Assembly (NCBI RefSeq): GCF_028641065.1
Contig: NC_073398.1
Coordinates: forward strand, 25,854,001-25,918,000
Length of the DNA stretch: 64,000 nt
DNA from: Leucoraja erinacea
Taxonomy: Eukaryota
Reading direction: 5' to 3'
Part shown: one piece after another, positions 1-13,621 of the stretch
Numbering within the stretch: the first letter of the stretch is position 1
How the letters are laid out: every line of letters starts with the position of its first letter
Notes under the pieces: generated by a model
Databases searched by the model: none
The model's input: only the letters and a program-made list of their open reading frames with translations
What the model was told of the DNA's origin: nothing
Position numbers and translations under genes: made by a program

Positions 1-412
1 TTTTGTTACCTCCCAAATCAGGATCCAGCTGTTTTACTTCCATATTTACACTTTTCCAACCAATCTCTCTGGTTCACCACAGAATAGGTAAACAACATTT
101 ACAATTGACATTGCATATAACTCACAGCCACTCCTCATCCTTACCAACCTCTCAGCAGCCTTTGATGGATTTATTTCACGTATTCAATACATTTCATGTT
201 GCCTAGCTGAGATAGTACTCTATCCCTCTCCTTAGTCACTGTTTGACAGTACCAGACACTTTGCAAGCTTGTCACTGAGCTGCCAACTTTCTCTATACTC
301 CATTTCTGTTCAGTTACACCCCTTCCTCATCTCATTTCATCTGCTGCCAAAACCCACATCCATATTTCAGTTACCCCCAGGCTCCTGTTGTCAACCACTT
401 CTGTGTCCGTAC

Positions 413-615
413 CTTGCAACCACAGGCAGCCAGGGCTGGTGCCAGAATAAGGCTGACCTTGTCACCAACTCCTCCTGTGGAATGTTTATCAACCATGGTA
501 CTAGACCACTCCTTTGGCCATTCCAGGACAACCCCAGATATTTTCATCTCTTGGGTCAGTTTCACAGTCTCCTCCAGTGTCATTCCCTGCAGGCGAATTG
601 CCATTAGCATAGCAC
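413..615 (-). CDS. TYMP: Thymidine phosphorylase, internal coding exon (gene continues off the left end of the window)
   Basis: Encodes [12 protein letters not shown]...[27 protein letters not shown], the TP/PyNP signature; AG acceptor at 616-617, GT donor at 411-412; 203 nt, phase 1 to 0, in frame with the upstream exon. Confidence 0.95.
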
Positions 616-789
616 CTGAAAAAGAAAATTGTGAGAACTAGTTAAGGGCAACCCAATAACCTTGTATAATTATGGCAAATCAGTTTCACTTGGAATGGTG
701 TGATGTTAGTTTTGTTCAATATCATGACCACAAGACCATCAAAGATGTTACGGATGAATATGGCAGTCAGTTCTGTGAAACACCCGAAT

Positions 790-1710
790 GTTCAATGTCT
801 CTACCAACACTAGTGAATGATTGAGAGAAGGCTAATTACAACAGTATTAAGCAGGAGTTAGGAAGAGTAGATTGAGAGCAGGTGTTGGTTTAAACAGAAG
901 ATGCACACAAAATGCTGCTTTTTGTGTCTATCTTCAGTTCTGCAGTTTCTTCTGACACATTTCATCTGTTCCACTGATAACAGGTGTTATTGGATAATTC
1001 GACATCTGACTGTGAGAGCCATTTAAAGGACAGCTAGTCAAAATTCAAGACCAACATGTTCCTAAGAGGGAGAAAAAGAAAGGTTGATGTAGTTTGGGAA
1101 CCTTGGATGAAAAAAGATGTTGCAGATTCAGTCAAAAGAAAAAGGAAGTAAATCTGTTTAGGAAGCTGAGATTGGAGACGGCCCTTGAAGAATGCAAAGG
1201 AGGCGGGAAAGTACTTAAAAGGGGAATCAGGAGGGTTAAAAGACCATGGAGCATCCATGGTGAGAAGGGTTAAGGAGAATCCCAAGGCACATGGGATTCA
1301 TGGAGACTTTATTGACTGAATTAGATAAAATTGTCTTGGCCCCGGAAGACAGAGGCTAGTGGCTGACAGGTGTTGTTCCTACTGGAGGTCGGTGACCATT
1401 GGGATTCCACAACAATCAGGGCTGAGACCTTAGTTGTTTATGAATTTAATGAATGATTTGGATGAAAAGGGATTTGTGATTTTTTTTTCTTTCACAGAGC
1501 ATGGTAGGTGCCTGGAATGCACAATTAGGGAAGGTGGTGGAATGTTATACAATTGCACCATTTATGAGGCATTTAGCCAAACACATGAAGGTGCAGAGGG
1601 TGGGGAGATACAGACTATATGCAGGCAAATTAGTTTACATTAAACTGGTATCATGGTTTGAACAAATATTGTCAGCCAAAGGGCTGTGTTCCTGGATTGT
1701 GCAGTTCTAT
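790..1710 (+). mobile_element. Old, fragmented CR1/HER1 LINE debris
   Basis: Degenerate CR1 ORF2 and 3' UTR-like segments (ttaaggagaatcccaaggc, ggtgcctggaatgcac, gggctgtgttcct), interrupted by a short Penelope-derived piece near 895-960. Confidence 0.6.
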
Positions 1711-2015
1711 GTTAACACCAGCCTGGCCTCCAGTTATTTAGAACTGGTAAATCTCAGATTTACAGAGGAAGGAGTTTGTATGCACCAATTCTGTGTACAC
1801 TACTCCAGTTTATAATGAACTAGCATATTGTGTTAGTGGGTCAGTGTATAGTGTGCAAATACACAATACACTGCTAGTGTACATTTAACATTGTGTACTA
1901 ACATTGTGTACTAGTAGATTTGCGAACGTGGGCTGTTATGTGTTAGTGGATAAGAGATTACATATTTGTGCGTGTGCACTCTTTTATTGTAATAGTGGAC
2001 TGGGGCTTAGAGTAA

Positions 2016-2560
2016 AATAGACAATCGACAATAGGTGCAGGAGGCCATTCAGCCTTTCGAGCAAGCCCACCATTCAATTTGATCATGGCTGATCATCCAC
2101 AATCAGTATCCTGTTCCTGCTACTCCCCAAACCTCTATCTTTACGAGCTCTATCTAACTCTCTCTCTTGAAAGCATCCAGAGAACCAGTCTCCACTGCCC
2201 TCTGAGGCAGAGAATTTCACGGACTCACAACTCCTCTTTTTCTTCTCCGTTCTAAATAAGCTTACTCCTTATTCTTAAACTGTGGGCCCTGGTTCTAGAC
2301 TCCCCCAACATCAGAAACATGTTTCTGCCTCTAGCGTGTCCAAACCCTTAATAATCTTATATGTTCCAATAAGATTCCTCTCATCCTTCTAAACTCCAGA
2401 GTATACAAGCCCATACGCTCCATTCTATCAACATATGACAGTCCCGCCATTCCGGGCTTGTGAACCTACGCTGCACTCCCTCAATAGTAAGAATGTCCTT
2501 CCTCAAATTTGGAGACCAAAACTGCACACAATACTCCAGGTGTGGTCTCACTAGGGCCCT
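2016..2560 (-). mobile_element. CR1/HER1 LINE 3' fragment
   Basis: [34 protein letters not shown] plus the typical 3' tail (ctattgtc repeats). Confidence 0.9.
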
Positions 2561-3838
2561 TTTCATTTCATTCAAATCCAAACTTTCAGCGAACTCAGAT
2601 GCCAGCTGCAGTTCAATTTCAGATAAGATAATATGATTGGATAAAAGATCACTAACACTGTTGGTACGACACCATTCAGTTCTAATCACCTCAGTGCTGA
2701 ATTCCAACATTTGGAGTCAAGGATCAATGCCATCTCATTTCCTTTGACTAAATTTTGCAGTAATTAATTTCTCAAGTGTGATTTGTGGAAAATTGTAGAA
2801 CATTTTCAGATTTTTCAGATTAATTCAGCAATGTTGTCTGCAAATTCAACATCAGCATTCATGGATTGATCTTCAAACACACTCGACAATGAGGTCATCA
2901 TTGCCATCATCAGACTCCTCAATCTCCTCTTCTTCATCAAAGTCATCCTCTTCATTCTCATCTTCATCACCATCAGCAAGCATGTGGCCGCTTGTACAAC
3001 ACATCAACCACAGCTAAGTTAATGCCATGCGAATGACACAATTGCCTGAAAATGCTTGATTTTGTCCGAGCTTCTATATGACATTGGCTCCATCATTGGT
3101 CATCCCTCCTACATATTTCTTCAAATCAACGTCAAAGGATTCAAGTTTATTAATGCTCAGGTTTAGTCCTTTTCGGGCAGACATTGAACCATTGATTCAT
3201 ATCATCCCAAGACCAAAGAGCTTGGTGTGATGCAAATTGAAACACATGTTGCGTTGATTTCTCCTTGAGGTCCACTTGTCCAAAGTGAGTGAAAAGCAGT
3301 CCCGAAATTCCACTATTTCTTACAGTTCCTGCTTCATTTCTTCCCAGATTTTTGTTCCAAACTTCATGACCATATCACAAATTCCTTCTCTCATACTTGG
3401 GATTTTCAGACCTTGTGCAACGAAGGCATGTTTGTGTTCCAGGTGGTATTAGAATGATGACGGAAATAGCGGCTATTTGTAAGTTGTTTCACAATCCTTC
3501 ATTAAATTCCTATTGTTTGTTCACCAGAAGGTTGTGCCAAACATCCAACCTTGCCTTGAAAATCAATCTAGTTATTCAACATTTTGCTGTTTGAAATTAT
3601 GTTAATGCATTTAATTAATAAATCAATTATGTTTACATTTTTGCTTAGCTTTGCTGGATAAAGTGGATGAAAAGTTACCAAACATTATTTTTTACTAAAG
3701 GAATTCTCAAACTGCTCTATTCTAGTACAAGCTTCAGAAAAGAGAGAGTTTAGAAATGTAATCACTTTCATCGATTAATCATGGATGATTAATCATTAAT
3801 CCCTATTTTTGAAAAAGTGATTAATCAGAGCAGCCTGA
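2561..3838 (-). mobile_element. Decayed hAT-superfamily DNA transposon (transposase pseudogene)
   Basis: Minus-strand motifs in the expected order, with stops and frameshifts: FSLTLDKWTS (~3265-3297), MTNDGANV (~3080-3103), QLCHSHGINLAVVDVLYK (~2991-3044), acidic insert, [10 protein letters not shown] (~2698-2730); GATTAATC subterminal repeats at 3770-3830. Confidence 0.8.
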
Positions 3839-4579
3839 GTCAGAGACAGATAAATTGATAAACAGTTACTCTTTAGTTTGAAAAAACTAATTGGTTAAGA
3901 GAATAAGGCAGCAACACTTAGGAACTAGTACAACTGAACTAAATGAATAATTGCATTCAGCTATTTTGTTTAATTCAGCCTTTTTGAATATTTTGCAAGT
4001 GTTCTTGAGCTTAATGTTACCTTATTGATCTGCATCGAGTTTATCTGGAGATTTTAGCAACACTAACAAAACTCTACACCCTCACACCTCCTATTTAGCA
4101 TTATATTTTCAAGAACTTAAATTTGAGCCTAAAAAAGGCAAAGATTTTTGACCATGAAAATTCATACTTCCAGATTCATTTGAATAACAAGATGCATACT
4201 ATTGCATCTGTAATAAACATTTATCATCTGAATTGCATGATTCCCAGGTAATTTATGTTTATAGAGTCACTGGATAGGAGAGGTGGACATTTCTTTTCTG
4301 TTCTCGGCACTGAAGGGTTGGTGCTTGGTCTTTCTGGATTGGGAACAGACATGAACAGATGTTACCTTTGTTTACTTTAAATCCAGGCTTTTCTTCTAAC
4401 AAGTTGAAAACAATTGAGATTGATTAAGAGTGGTGAAAATGTGCCTGAGTTTCTTTTGGGTTAGGATATCGTAGCCTAATTATAATTGCCATGCTGAAAA
4501 GATTTGAGTCTTTCCGTCTGTAAAACAGGATTGAGGGTCTGAATGGTCATCTCTTGTTCCTATGTTTATATGTCAATTT

Positions 4580-4910
4580 TTTGTGAGGACACTGTGGGGA
4601 GCTGGAGAAGAAACTGCAGGTGACCTTGCTGAGATATCTGAATCATCATTAGACACGGGTGCCGTGCCAGGAAACTGGAGGGTGGCTAATGTTGTGCCTC
4701 TATTTCAGAAGGGCTGCAAGGAAAAGCCTGGGAGCTGTAGGCCAGTGGACTTAACATCTGTGGTACGCAAGTTACTAGAGAGGAATTTGAGGGATAAGAT
4801 ATGTATGCATTTGGATAGACAGGAATTGATTAGAGATAATTAGCATGGAGATAATGTCTTACGAATCTGATTGAGGTTTTTTGAGGAAGTAACAAAAACA
4901 ATTGACAAAG
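4580..4910 (+). mobile_element. CR1 RT N-terminal fragment
   Basis: SLDTGAVPGNWRVANVVPLFQKGCKEKPGSCRPVDLTSVVRKLLE. Confidence 0.85.
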
Positions 4911-5208
4911 GCAAACAACAAGGCCCAACCATGTTGTCTGACTCTCTGACTGATAAACAAGCCACTGAATGGCATTGACGTGTGTCAGTCCTAGTAATTC
5001 TTTCCACTCCCAAGCCTTGAATTCTGATATGAATTATTCTCTTGGTTAAGAATTGATCAAACCCAGAGCTAGAATAAGCAGTTCTGTTCTGCATAAAACT
5101 CCACTGATTAATAACAGATAAATCCCAGTGTTGACTGGTAATCACTTGTCTCATTATTGCATATTCTGGACAATTGAAAAGGAACCAAAGATCATGTGGC
5201 AGTATTAC

Positions 5209-5344
5209 CAATCTGACATTCTCGGATGGTTGAATTTTTTACGCCTTGAACAAAATAATGGATTTCTTCTGCACTCAATGACTGCTTGTCTCGTTTCTTC
5301 CTAATCATTTCCGGTATATTAATGTGTTCTTGGCTGGTGCACAT
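5209..5344 (-). CDS. TYMP: Thymidine phosphorylase, first coding exon
   Basis: MCTSQEHINIPEMIRKKRDKQSLSAEEIHYFVQGV..QI-G matches the TP N-terminal helices; acceptor at 5360-5361 (exon starts 5359), donor at 5207-5208; 136 coding nt, phase 1. Confidence 0.92.
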
Positions 5345-7324
5345 TTTCTCAACTCCTGCCTGAAAAGAAAAATAGGTCAATTGATTGATGAAAAGACATA
5401 CTGATCCCAATGGATCAATTATCAAAAACATACTAAATAATGCTTCATCATCCAAAATAGACTAATCATGTCTTAATCAGCCAGTTCCGTTTGAAAGAAA
5501 ACAACTCTAGGTGCTTCCCATTCAAGCCCCACATCACCTTCTTCAGAGACCAGTTCATCATGACTTGTACAGTTCAATCTCTTCTGATTAAAAACTTTGA
5601 AAATCTGCAGAAGGGTCTCGACCCAAAACTGCACCCATTCTTCTCTCCAGAGATGTTGCCTGTCCCACTGAGTTACTCCAGCATTTTGTGTCTGCCATGC
5701 CTTTTAATTAATTTGACCAATATTGCTTTCTGTAGATGCTCACTAAGTCTTTTGCTTTGCCTCTACGTTTGCTATTTCAGAAACATTGCTTTTGCTTATC
5801 ATTTTCTGCAAAGTTATTACATAATTTCTTCCTTATTAAACTATATTCATCACAAAGCAATCCAGGTCACTCATTGATAGTTGGTTCTTCCTCTCATTTT
5901 AATGGAATCATCAAAATGGTATCATTCTTGATATAAAACCCTAAGCATATAACTTTCAGCAGCTTTGTACAAAGTTCGGTTCGGGCAGCAATTGTGCCTG
6001 ATCTTTTTACTTACGTACTTGGCCCAGGATTAACTGTTGAAGCTGATCAAATATATTAAATTGGAGCACAAAACTAATTGCTAGCAAACTTCAGTGGGTC
6101 AAGCAACATCTGGATGGGCGAAGGGATGGTTTGATGTTTCATGTCCTCTTTTTCATCTATCCCGATGCAGGACTGCGACCATGGAATTTGCTCAGAAATG
6201 TGCAAATATTAGAAGCATGCTAAAAAATGCATCCAGAATTTGAGAAATAGCCCCTCAAAGGGTCAACAAGGGCTGCAACGTCTTACACATTTTATATGCA
6301 CAGCACACAGATACCTCGGGCCTCAAATTTACAGAGTGGCAGAATTCTGTGGACAGTAGTAAATATTGTATCTATCAATTATTTCTTTAAAATAATTCAG
6401 TTTTCATTTGATTTCTTATCTGATTTGTGATCTACAATAGTCTGAATAGATAATAGCATAGGTGAATATCAATCTGCCATTTGCCTTTTGAAAATGAAAT
6501 GATGTGTGAAATGAATGTCCAACTCACCAGAGCAAGTGTTGGCCAGTGAACAGTTAAAATTATCCACCATTCACTAAAGTAAATGTACTCCCACCTTAAT
6601 AATAGCACAATTCAAATACAAAATACTGTTAAGAAACTGAAAAAACTCAAGTCAATTTACAGGAATGTCACCAAAGAAAATGTGTCTTTGTCCCATTAGG
6701 AGATATTAAGGGATAGGTAGGTGCCGAGCAGCTTGAAATGACAAAGGGAAAGTTTAAGAGGCTGAGAGACAAAAAGGCTTTGGGAGACAATTCCAGAAAT
6801 GAGAGCCTGGATAGCTGAAGACACATCTGGCAATGGCAGAGAAAGTAGGGGTGAAAATTAGTGGAAGGTACATACCTGTGTCACAAGAGATTGAATTGGA
6901 GGAGCGTATATACTGTACATGGATGTGGTTAATTAGGAGAAATGTAAAACATTGTTGTTGCTTTGGCTGGGAAGAATCCATGTCAATGAGCTCTGGGGTA
7001 AATGAGACATGATAGGGAAAGGCGGCTGAATGACCTCAGTTTTACAGTGATCAGAAGAGAGGTCAGCCAATGGAATAGTCTAATCTAAATAAACTTATGG
7101 CTGAAAGTTTCAGCAGCAAATCAGCTGACTCAATGTTGAAATTGAACAATTATAAGGGTGAAAATACAGTCTAATTTATGTGGCAGCTGTACAGCAAGGA
7201 GTGAGGTATAACACCAGACGTGTTCATCCTCAAACTACTGCAAGGGGAATGGGTTGAATCAGTGAATAAGGAAAAATCTATGGGCAGGAGCAAAGACAGA
7301 AAAAGTCAATAGGAATCGTTTTAC

Positions 7325-7504
7325 CTGTTAACTCGAGGAAAGCACACCTCAGAGATGCATTAATTATTGCGTCCTTCACAGATCAGATCCAAGGCTGACT
7401 CTTCGCTCACAATTATAATGGAACGAAGCAATAATTCCTCCCCTCTATGGGAAGTTTGCTGGTATTATAAGGTCGTTATCTTGACTTTGAGGATAGTAAA
7501 TTTC
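7325..7504 (-). other. Candidate 5'-UTR exon of TYMP
   Basis: On the minus strand, bounded by ttttatttacAG and cag|GTaaaa; contains an in-frame stop, so non-coding; CCAAT and GGGCGG motifs near 7670-7685. No transcript evidence. Confidence 0.3.
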
Positions 7505-7944
7505 CTGTAAATAAAATCCACTGATTATGAGTTCACACTGTTCCTCTCCATTAGTGGACAAAAACACACAAAGATAGATAAATCAAATGTGTGCTTTGAC
7601 TGAGACTTTAAACATTCAATTTCAAGTGCGTTGAAAGATTAATGTAAAATGGCGTACATCCAGAAGCATCCGCCCATGAATTGGCAGCTCTAGGGAGTGG
7701 TGAAAGGGTGGAGATGTGGGTGGAGGGGAAGATTTATGGACGACATGTGTAGAATAACACAGGCAGACTTTATTACAGTGCCAGTGCAGAAACAGGTGAG
7801 TTTCTCACCATACCACCCATTCTACCTTCAGGTGAGGTTAGTGGAGGGAGCCTAGTCGTATTTTAGGTTCACTGATCTTTTTGAAACCATCACAGGATCT
7901 TAATATTGTTAATAAGCTAGCTAAAGAAGCTTTTTCCCAGGATG

Positions 7945-8235
7945 AAAAAATAAAATTCTAGAGGGCGTAGCTTTACGGTGATAGGGGTAAAGTTTAAAGG
8001 AAATATGCGAGGATATTTTTTTACATAGAGGATGGTGGGTGCCTGAAACGTGCTGCTGGGGGTGCTGGTTGAGGCAGATACGATAGTGGCATTTAAGAGG
8101 TTTGTTAATAGACATATGGATATGCATGGAATGGAGGGATATGGATTATGTGCAAGTAGATTAGAGATGATCTTGGTATTATGTTTTGCAAACATTGTGG
8201 GCTGAAGGGCCTGTTCTTGTGTTATATTGTTCCAT
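7945..8235 (+). mobile_element. CR1 3' fragment
   Basis: CR1 3' end sequence (ggtgggtgcctgaaacgtgctg...gggctgaagggcctgttcttgtg). Confidence 0.7.
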
Positions 8236-9814
8236 CTTCTAAATATATGTTCCTGTATATAGTCACAAGAAAACATTCTGGTGAACTGTTTATTCTTGTT
8301 GAAACTGTCCAACCTGCTAAGTCAATTTCAGAAAACAGGTCTGATTTGTTTAGCAGGACAGGGACATTTGTACTTTTGCAACATGTTTCATCGATTGTGT
8401 CAACATTGCAAATGTCACAAAAATAAAACTCCATGGACTCCACATTTTCCTCTTCCTGGTTTTTCTGACCAACCTTCGGTTGTGCTCGCGCGCGAAATGA
8501 ATGAAAATTTGCAAATAATTCTGCTCCACCATCTCAGCATAAAGGCTTTATGTTACTATTAGACAGTGCTTGCTTTTGACCACTTGATTGAATGAGACCT
8601 TGTTGTCATCGAAGAGCCTGACTATTTATTTTGCAACCTTTACAAATGATATTGCCCAGTTGCTGTGATCCATCTTCATCAAAACCCATGCTTCTCCAAC
8701 ATACATTTCCTCTTCCACTTGGGATTTCAATGCATGATCATCTGGCTGTGGCTTGCAATAAATAGGTTACACACCTACATTAATGTGCCTTTAGGATCTT
8801 TGTAGGAATAATTAAACACGATATGACTTGGGGATCCTGACATGATTTTACCATCACCAAACTGAATACATTTAATCAATTCAAATTTAGTTGCACTGAT
8901 AGAGACAAAATAGTGTGGATGCTGGATTCTTGAGCAAAAAAAACAACCTGCTGGAAAATCGGGTCAGGAAGCATCTATGGAGGAAAATGTCAGATAACTT
9001 TCCAGATTGTGACTCTTCTTCAGACAGGTAAATAAACAACCTAACTCTCAGTAAGCATCTGATACTAGATCAATCTTCCACACAATGTGCTTGTAATTGC
9101 TCATAACCCGTGGCTAGGCATCTTGATTTACCAGGTTTCCTTTTTGCCCAATTACAAAATACACATTGCAAATACCAGTTTCTTCATCATTCTTAAATAT
9201 TCTCCATTTCATTCCCACTCTGAGGCCACCTACATTGATGTGGTGCCTTTAGTACTATTGTATGAATCATATCATTAAACATGATATTATTATTACAATG
9301 TGCAATCTTGAATTCTTCACCTTTGATCTGGGCACACCAACTTTCCAGACTCAATATGAAATTCTATAACTTTGGGTAACTCTTACACTCCATCTGCTGC
9401 AGAACTGGCCACATATGTTGCAAGTCATCCATTCCTGATGCTGGCTCTGATCTTCTCTCGCTATAAGCATTGCTTAGCCTGCTAGGCATGACCTACAGCC
9501 CTGCAATTGACAACCTTTCACATTTCTTTATTTTTATTTCTTGCTGCCCTCGTCTCATAGCTTTTATTCCAAATTTTCTCTCTCTGACTACCCACCCACT
9601 TTCTACAGATGCTGCCTTACCTGCTGAAAATTTCCAGAATTTCCTATTTTTATTTCAGACTTCCATCATATGCTTTAAAAAAAATTCTTCATCACTCTTG
9701 TTAACTTCCACACAATTAACTATGATGTGAGCATCTGCTATTGTCTCAACATTGGGCTGTGTTCTGCACACTTGCTTCCACTGATGGCTCTTTATATTTA
9801 CATAATTGTTCTGG

Positions 9815-10225
9815 GTGAATGGCCTTGCATTGCCTCGCTAGAGTTTAGAAGGATGAGGTGGGACCTCATTGAAACTTAATGAATAGTGAAAGAGCTAGTT
9901 AGAGTGAATGTGGAGAGGATGTTTCCACTAGCAGGAGAGCAGGAGAGTCTAGTGCCAAGTGTTAGAATAAAAGGATGTACCTTTAGAATTTCTTTAGTCA
10001 CTGTGGTGAATCTGTGGAATTCATTGACACAGATGGCTGTGGAGGCCATCATTTGGTATTTTTAAACCAGAGATTGACAGGTTCTTGATTAGTAAGGATC
10101 TCAAATTTTGTGGAGAGAAGGCAAGAGAATGGGGTTGAGAAGGAAAGATAGATCAGCCATGTTTGAATGGTGGAGTAGACTCGATGGGCCAAATGACCTA
10201 ATTCTGCTCCTATGACCTATGAACA
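9815..10225 (+). mobile_element. CR1 3' fragment
   Basis: gagtttagaaggatgag...gactcgatgggccaaatgacctaattctgctcct. Confidence 0.8.
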
Positions 10226-10825
10226 TGAGCAAACATTTCAGAATTAACAGCAGGATAGATGAAAGGTAATTGACGTGTTTTAACTGTTTCTTTCTCCTGA
10301 AATTTCATCACGTTTCTCCAGTACATTTTTATTTCAGATGTCCAGCACATGCAGTTTTGTTTTGATTTTAGAAAACCATGGCTGATGTTAAATAAGAAGC
10401 AGGAGGCTAAATGTACAATTAGGTTACAGGATGCTGAAGGGTTTCTCAGTGTTGGCATGTCCCATAACACATATCGCTAAACCTATCCTTAGTGGCACAA
10501 AGATTGCAGTTTCTTGGATTGAGGGCTGAATTCAAAATCTAACTCCAATATTTTTTCTCTTCACAGGTGCTATCTCACTTGAAGAATTCTTTTATATTTC
10601 AGATTTCAGCAGCTGTTCCATCTCACAGCTCCAGTGTACATATTTGCCCCCTAACAGTCCTCATCTGTCCTTAATAGTCCTTTTGCTCAGGCCCTCCTCG
10701 CAACATCTTTGTAAATCAAGAATCAGAGGCCATACATTTAAGGCAAGAGGGAGAGATTAAATAGGAACCTCAGCTGCTACTTTTTTGCATGGAAGGTAGG
10801 TATATGGAATGAGCTGCCAGAGGAA

Positions 10826-12669
10826 GTCAAGTCAAGTCAAGTCAAGTTTATTTGTCACATACACATACGAGATGTGCAGTGAAATGAAAGTGGCAATGCT
10901 CGCGGAACAACAAAACAACCAAACAAATTATAAACACAATCATAACACACATATTATTTTACATAATAAATAATAGAAGGAAAAACGTTCTGTACAGTTA
11001 GTCCCTGGTGAGAAAGGCGTTTACAGTCCGAATTGCCTCTGGGAAGAAACTTCTTCTCAACCTCTCCGTTCTCACTGCATGGCAACGGAGGCGTTTGCCT
11101 GACCGTAGCGGCTGGAACAGTCTGTTGCAGGGGTGGAAGAGGTCTCTCATGATTTTGTTTGCCCTGGAGTTGCACCTCCTGTTGTATAGTTCCTGCAGGG
11201 GGGTGAGTGAAGTTCCCATAGTGCGTTCGGTCGAACGCACTACTCTCTGCAGAGCCTTCTTGTCCTTGGCAGAGCAATTCCCGAACCAGATGGTAATGTT
11301 CCCGGACAAGATGCTTTCCACCGCCGCTGCGTAGAAGCACTGGAGGATCCTCGGAGACACTCTGAATTTCCTCAATTGCCTGAGGTGGTAAAGGCGCTGC
11401 CTTGCCTTACTCACCAGTGCTGAGGCGTGTGATGACCATGTCATATCCTCAGAGATGTGGACTCCCAGATATTTAAAACAGTTCACCCTATCCACAGGAT
11501 CCCCATTTATACTCAATGGAGTGTACGTCCTCGGATGATGTGCCCTCCTAAAGTCCATGATCAGCTCCTTCGTTTTTTTGATGTTCAAGAGGAGGCTGTT
11601 CTCCTGGCACCAGAGTGCTAGATCAGCCACCTCCTCCCGGTAGGCCCTCTCATCATTGTCTGAGATCAGGCCCACCACCACAGTGTCATCAGCAAACTTA
11701 ATTATTGAATTGGAGCTGAACCTAGCCACACAGTCATGTGTGTACAGGGAGTACAATAGGGGGCTGAGGACGCAACCCTGGGGCGATCCTGTGCTCAGGG
11801 TGAGGGACTTCGATGTATTCCCTCCCATCTTGACTACCTGGGGCCTGGCGGTGAGAAAGTCCAGGACCCAGGCACACAGGGAGGTGTTGAGTCCCACTTC
11901 CAGTAGCTTCCCAGCCAGTCTGGTGGGGACTATCGTGTTGAAGGCTGAACTGTAGTCTATGAACAGCATCCTCACGTAGCCCCCCTTCTGGCTGTCCAGA
12001 TGGGAGAGAGCGGTGTGCAAGACCTGGGAGACCGCATCGTCCGTGGACCTGTTCGGACGGTATGCAAACTGCAACTGGTCCATGTTCCGAGGGAGGAAGG
12101 CGCAGATGTGATTCTTCACCAGCCTCTCAAAGCATTTCATGACTACCGAGGTAAGGGCCACCGGACGGTAGTCATTCAAGCAGGCTGGGGAGGCATTTTT
12201 TGGTACCGGTACAATGATGGATTTTTTGAAGCAGGCAGGGACCACGGACTTGTCCAGGGAGAGGTTGAATAATGTAGTGAGCACTGGAGCTAGCTGCGTA
12301 GCATAGGACTTGAGTACTCGCCCCGAGATGCCATCGGGGCCTGCAGCTTTTCTTGTGTTCACCCATGTCAGTGCCCTCCTCACTTCGTGCTCGGACAGCG
12401 AGAATGTGTGCATATTCCTCCCTTCAGCTTCGGTAGCCAGCCCGCTGTCGGTATTGTCAATAGTCGGCAGACCTGGAGTGGTGTTGCCCCTCTCAAAACG
12501 AGCGTAGAAGGAGTTCAGGTTGTCAGCTAGGGAGGTGCCGGCACATGCGGGTGACGGAGGGGTGCTTCGGTAGTTGGTTACAATCCGTAGCCCCTGCCAC
12601 AGGCTTCTGGTGTCCTGCTGCTCCATCTGTAACTCCATCTTGTCCCTGTACCTTCTCTTTGCATCAGTA
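10826..12669 (-). mobile_element. 5'-truncated Rex1/Babar-type non-LTR retrotransposon with uninterrupted RT frame and (TTGAC)n tail, nested in a CR1 3' fragment
   Basis: ORF with KAAGPDGI, NDYRPVALTS..MKCFERLV, QFAYR, LFIDYSSAFNTI, GSPQGCVLSP, IIKFADD, FKYLGV and C-terminal HP...LRSGKR; stop at 10998; GTCAA microsatellite at 10826-10845; CR1 halves at ~10715-10825 and 12670-12822. Confidence 0.93.
10998..12669 (-). CDS. Reverse transcriptase domain of the Rex1/Babar element (no endonuclease, no native start)
   Basis: About 555 codons without a stop; the first ~65 residues of the 624-aa ORF call come from flanking CR1 and unique DNA. Confidence 0.8.
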
Positions 12670-13621
12670 GTTGCATCAGTAAAAGCATTTAGACAGGTAC
12701 AGGGATAGGATAGGTTTGTAGAGATATGGGCCAAATGTAGGAAGGTGGGACTATCATAGATGGGGTATATTGGCCGGCATGGGCACGTTGGGCCGAAAGG
12801 ACTGTATGACTCTATGACTCTATGCCAATCCTTATTCATCACTCGTCCAAGCAGATCAGCTGTAATTGACAAGGATTCATTGCCTTCTCATAGATGGCAC
12901 CAAAATGTTATTGTGCCGCATGGACAGCCTTGGTCCACAGACATTTCCGTTTTTCGTGCCAACACTCTTCCCCTCGCTGAAACTTAAAGCACACTTGCGT
13001 TCTCACTTTTTTAGTTCTGATGAACTTATTTATTACATAATTCTCCTCCCTTTATGAAACAACATCCTGCAAATGGCCCAAGCAAACACGGTGAGATCGT
13101 CGAGGCTAAATTATTTATTAATTCACAATGCTTTCCTGCAGTTCCTAGAAGTACTACCAAAGTCCTTGATTATAAACAAGAAGGTTAATATTTTAAAATG
13201 CATGATAAACACTTCTGTATATTCAGTGTACTCACTGTGTAAACTGCAGGATCACTCTAGTGTAACTTAAGGGCACGTCACACCACTCTGTCCCTCAGCA
13301 TGTTTTGTCTTGTATTGTACCGAATGAGTGGAAAGGTTGCACAACCTCTAGGTATGATATTAATATATTGTATTTGCTCTGCAAACTGCGGTTGACTCAG
13401 CTCTGAACTTCTTCTCTTTTTTAAACCCTATCATTCTTGATAAGAAAATAGTTGATCAATCTACTTATCGCGCTGGTCCTGCGGTGTGTAAGATTACAGC
13501 TTCTCTTAAATGTATTATTTTTGTCTGACTCTTTGCTCAAATTCCTTTGATACCCTTACCCAATATTTTATTTATCTCAGTCTGAAAATTGTAATCATCT
13601 CCTGCCGGACGGACTGAATTC

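Noticed and set aside
2381-2710. 109-aa ORF
   Set aside because: Chimera across the hAT remnant / CR1 junction
10998-12872. 624-aa ORF as a domesticated or fusion gene
   Set aside because: The N-terminal ~65 residues are antisense CR1 tail and flank that happen to be in frame, the start is not ATG, and the rest is a 5'-truncated retrotransposon
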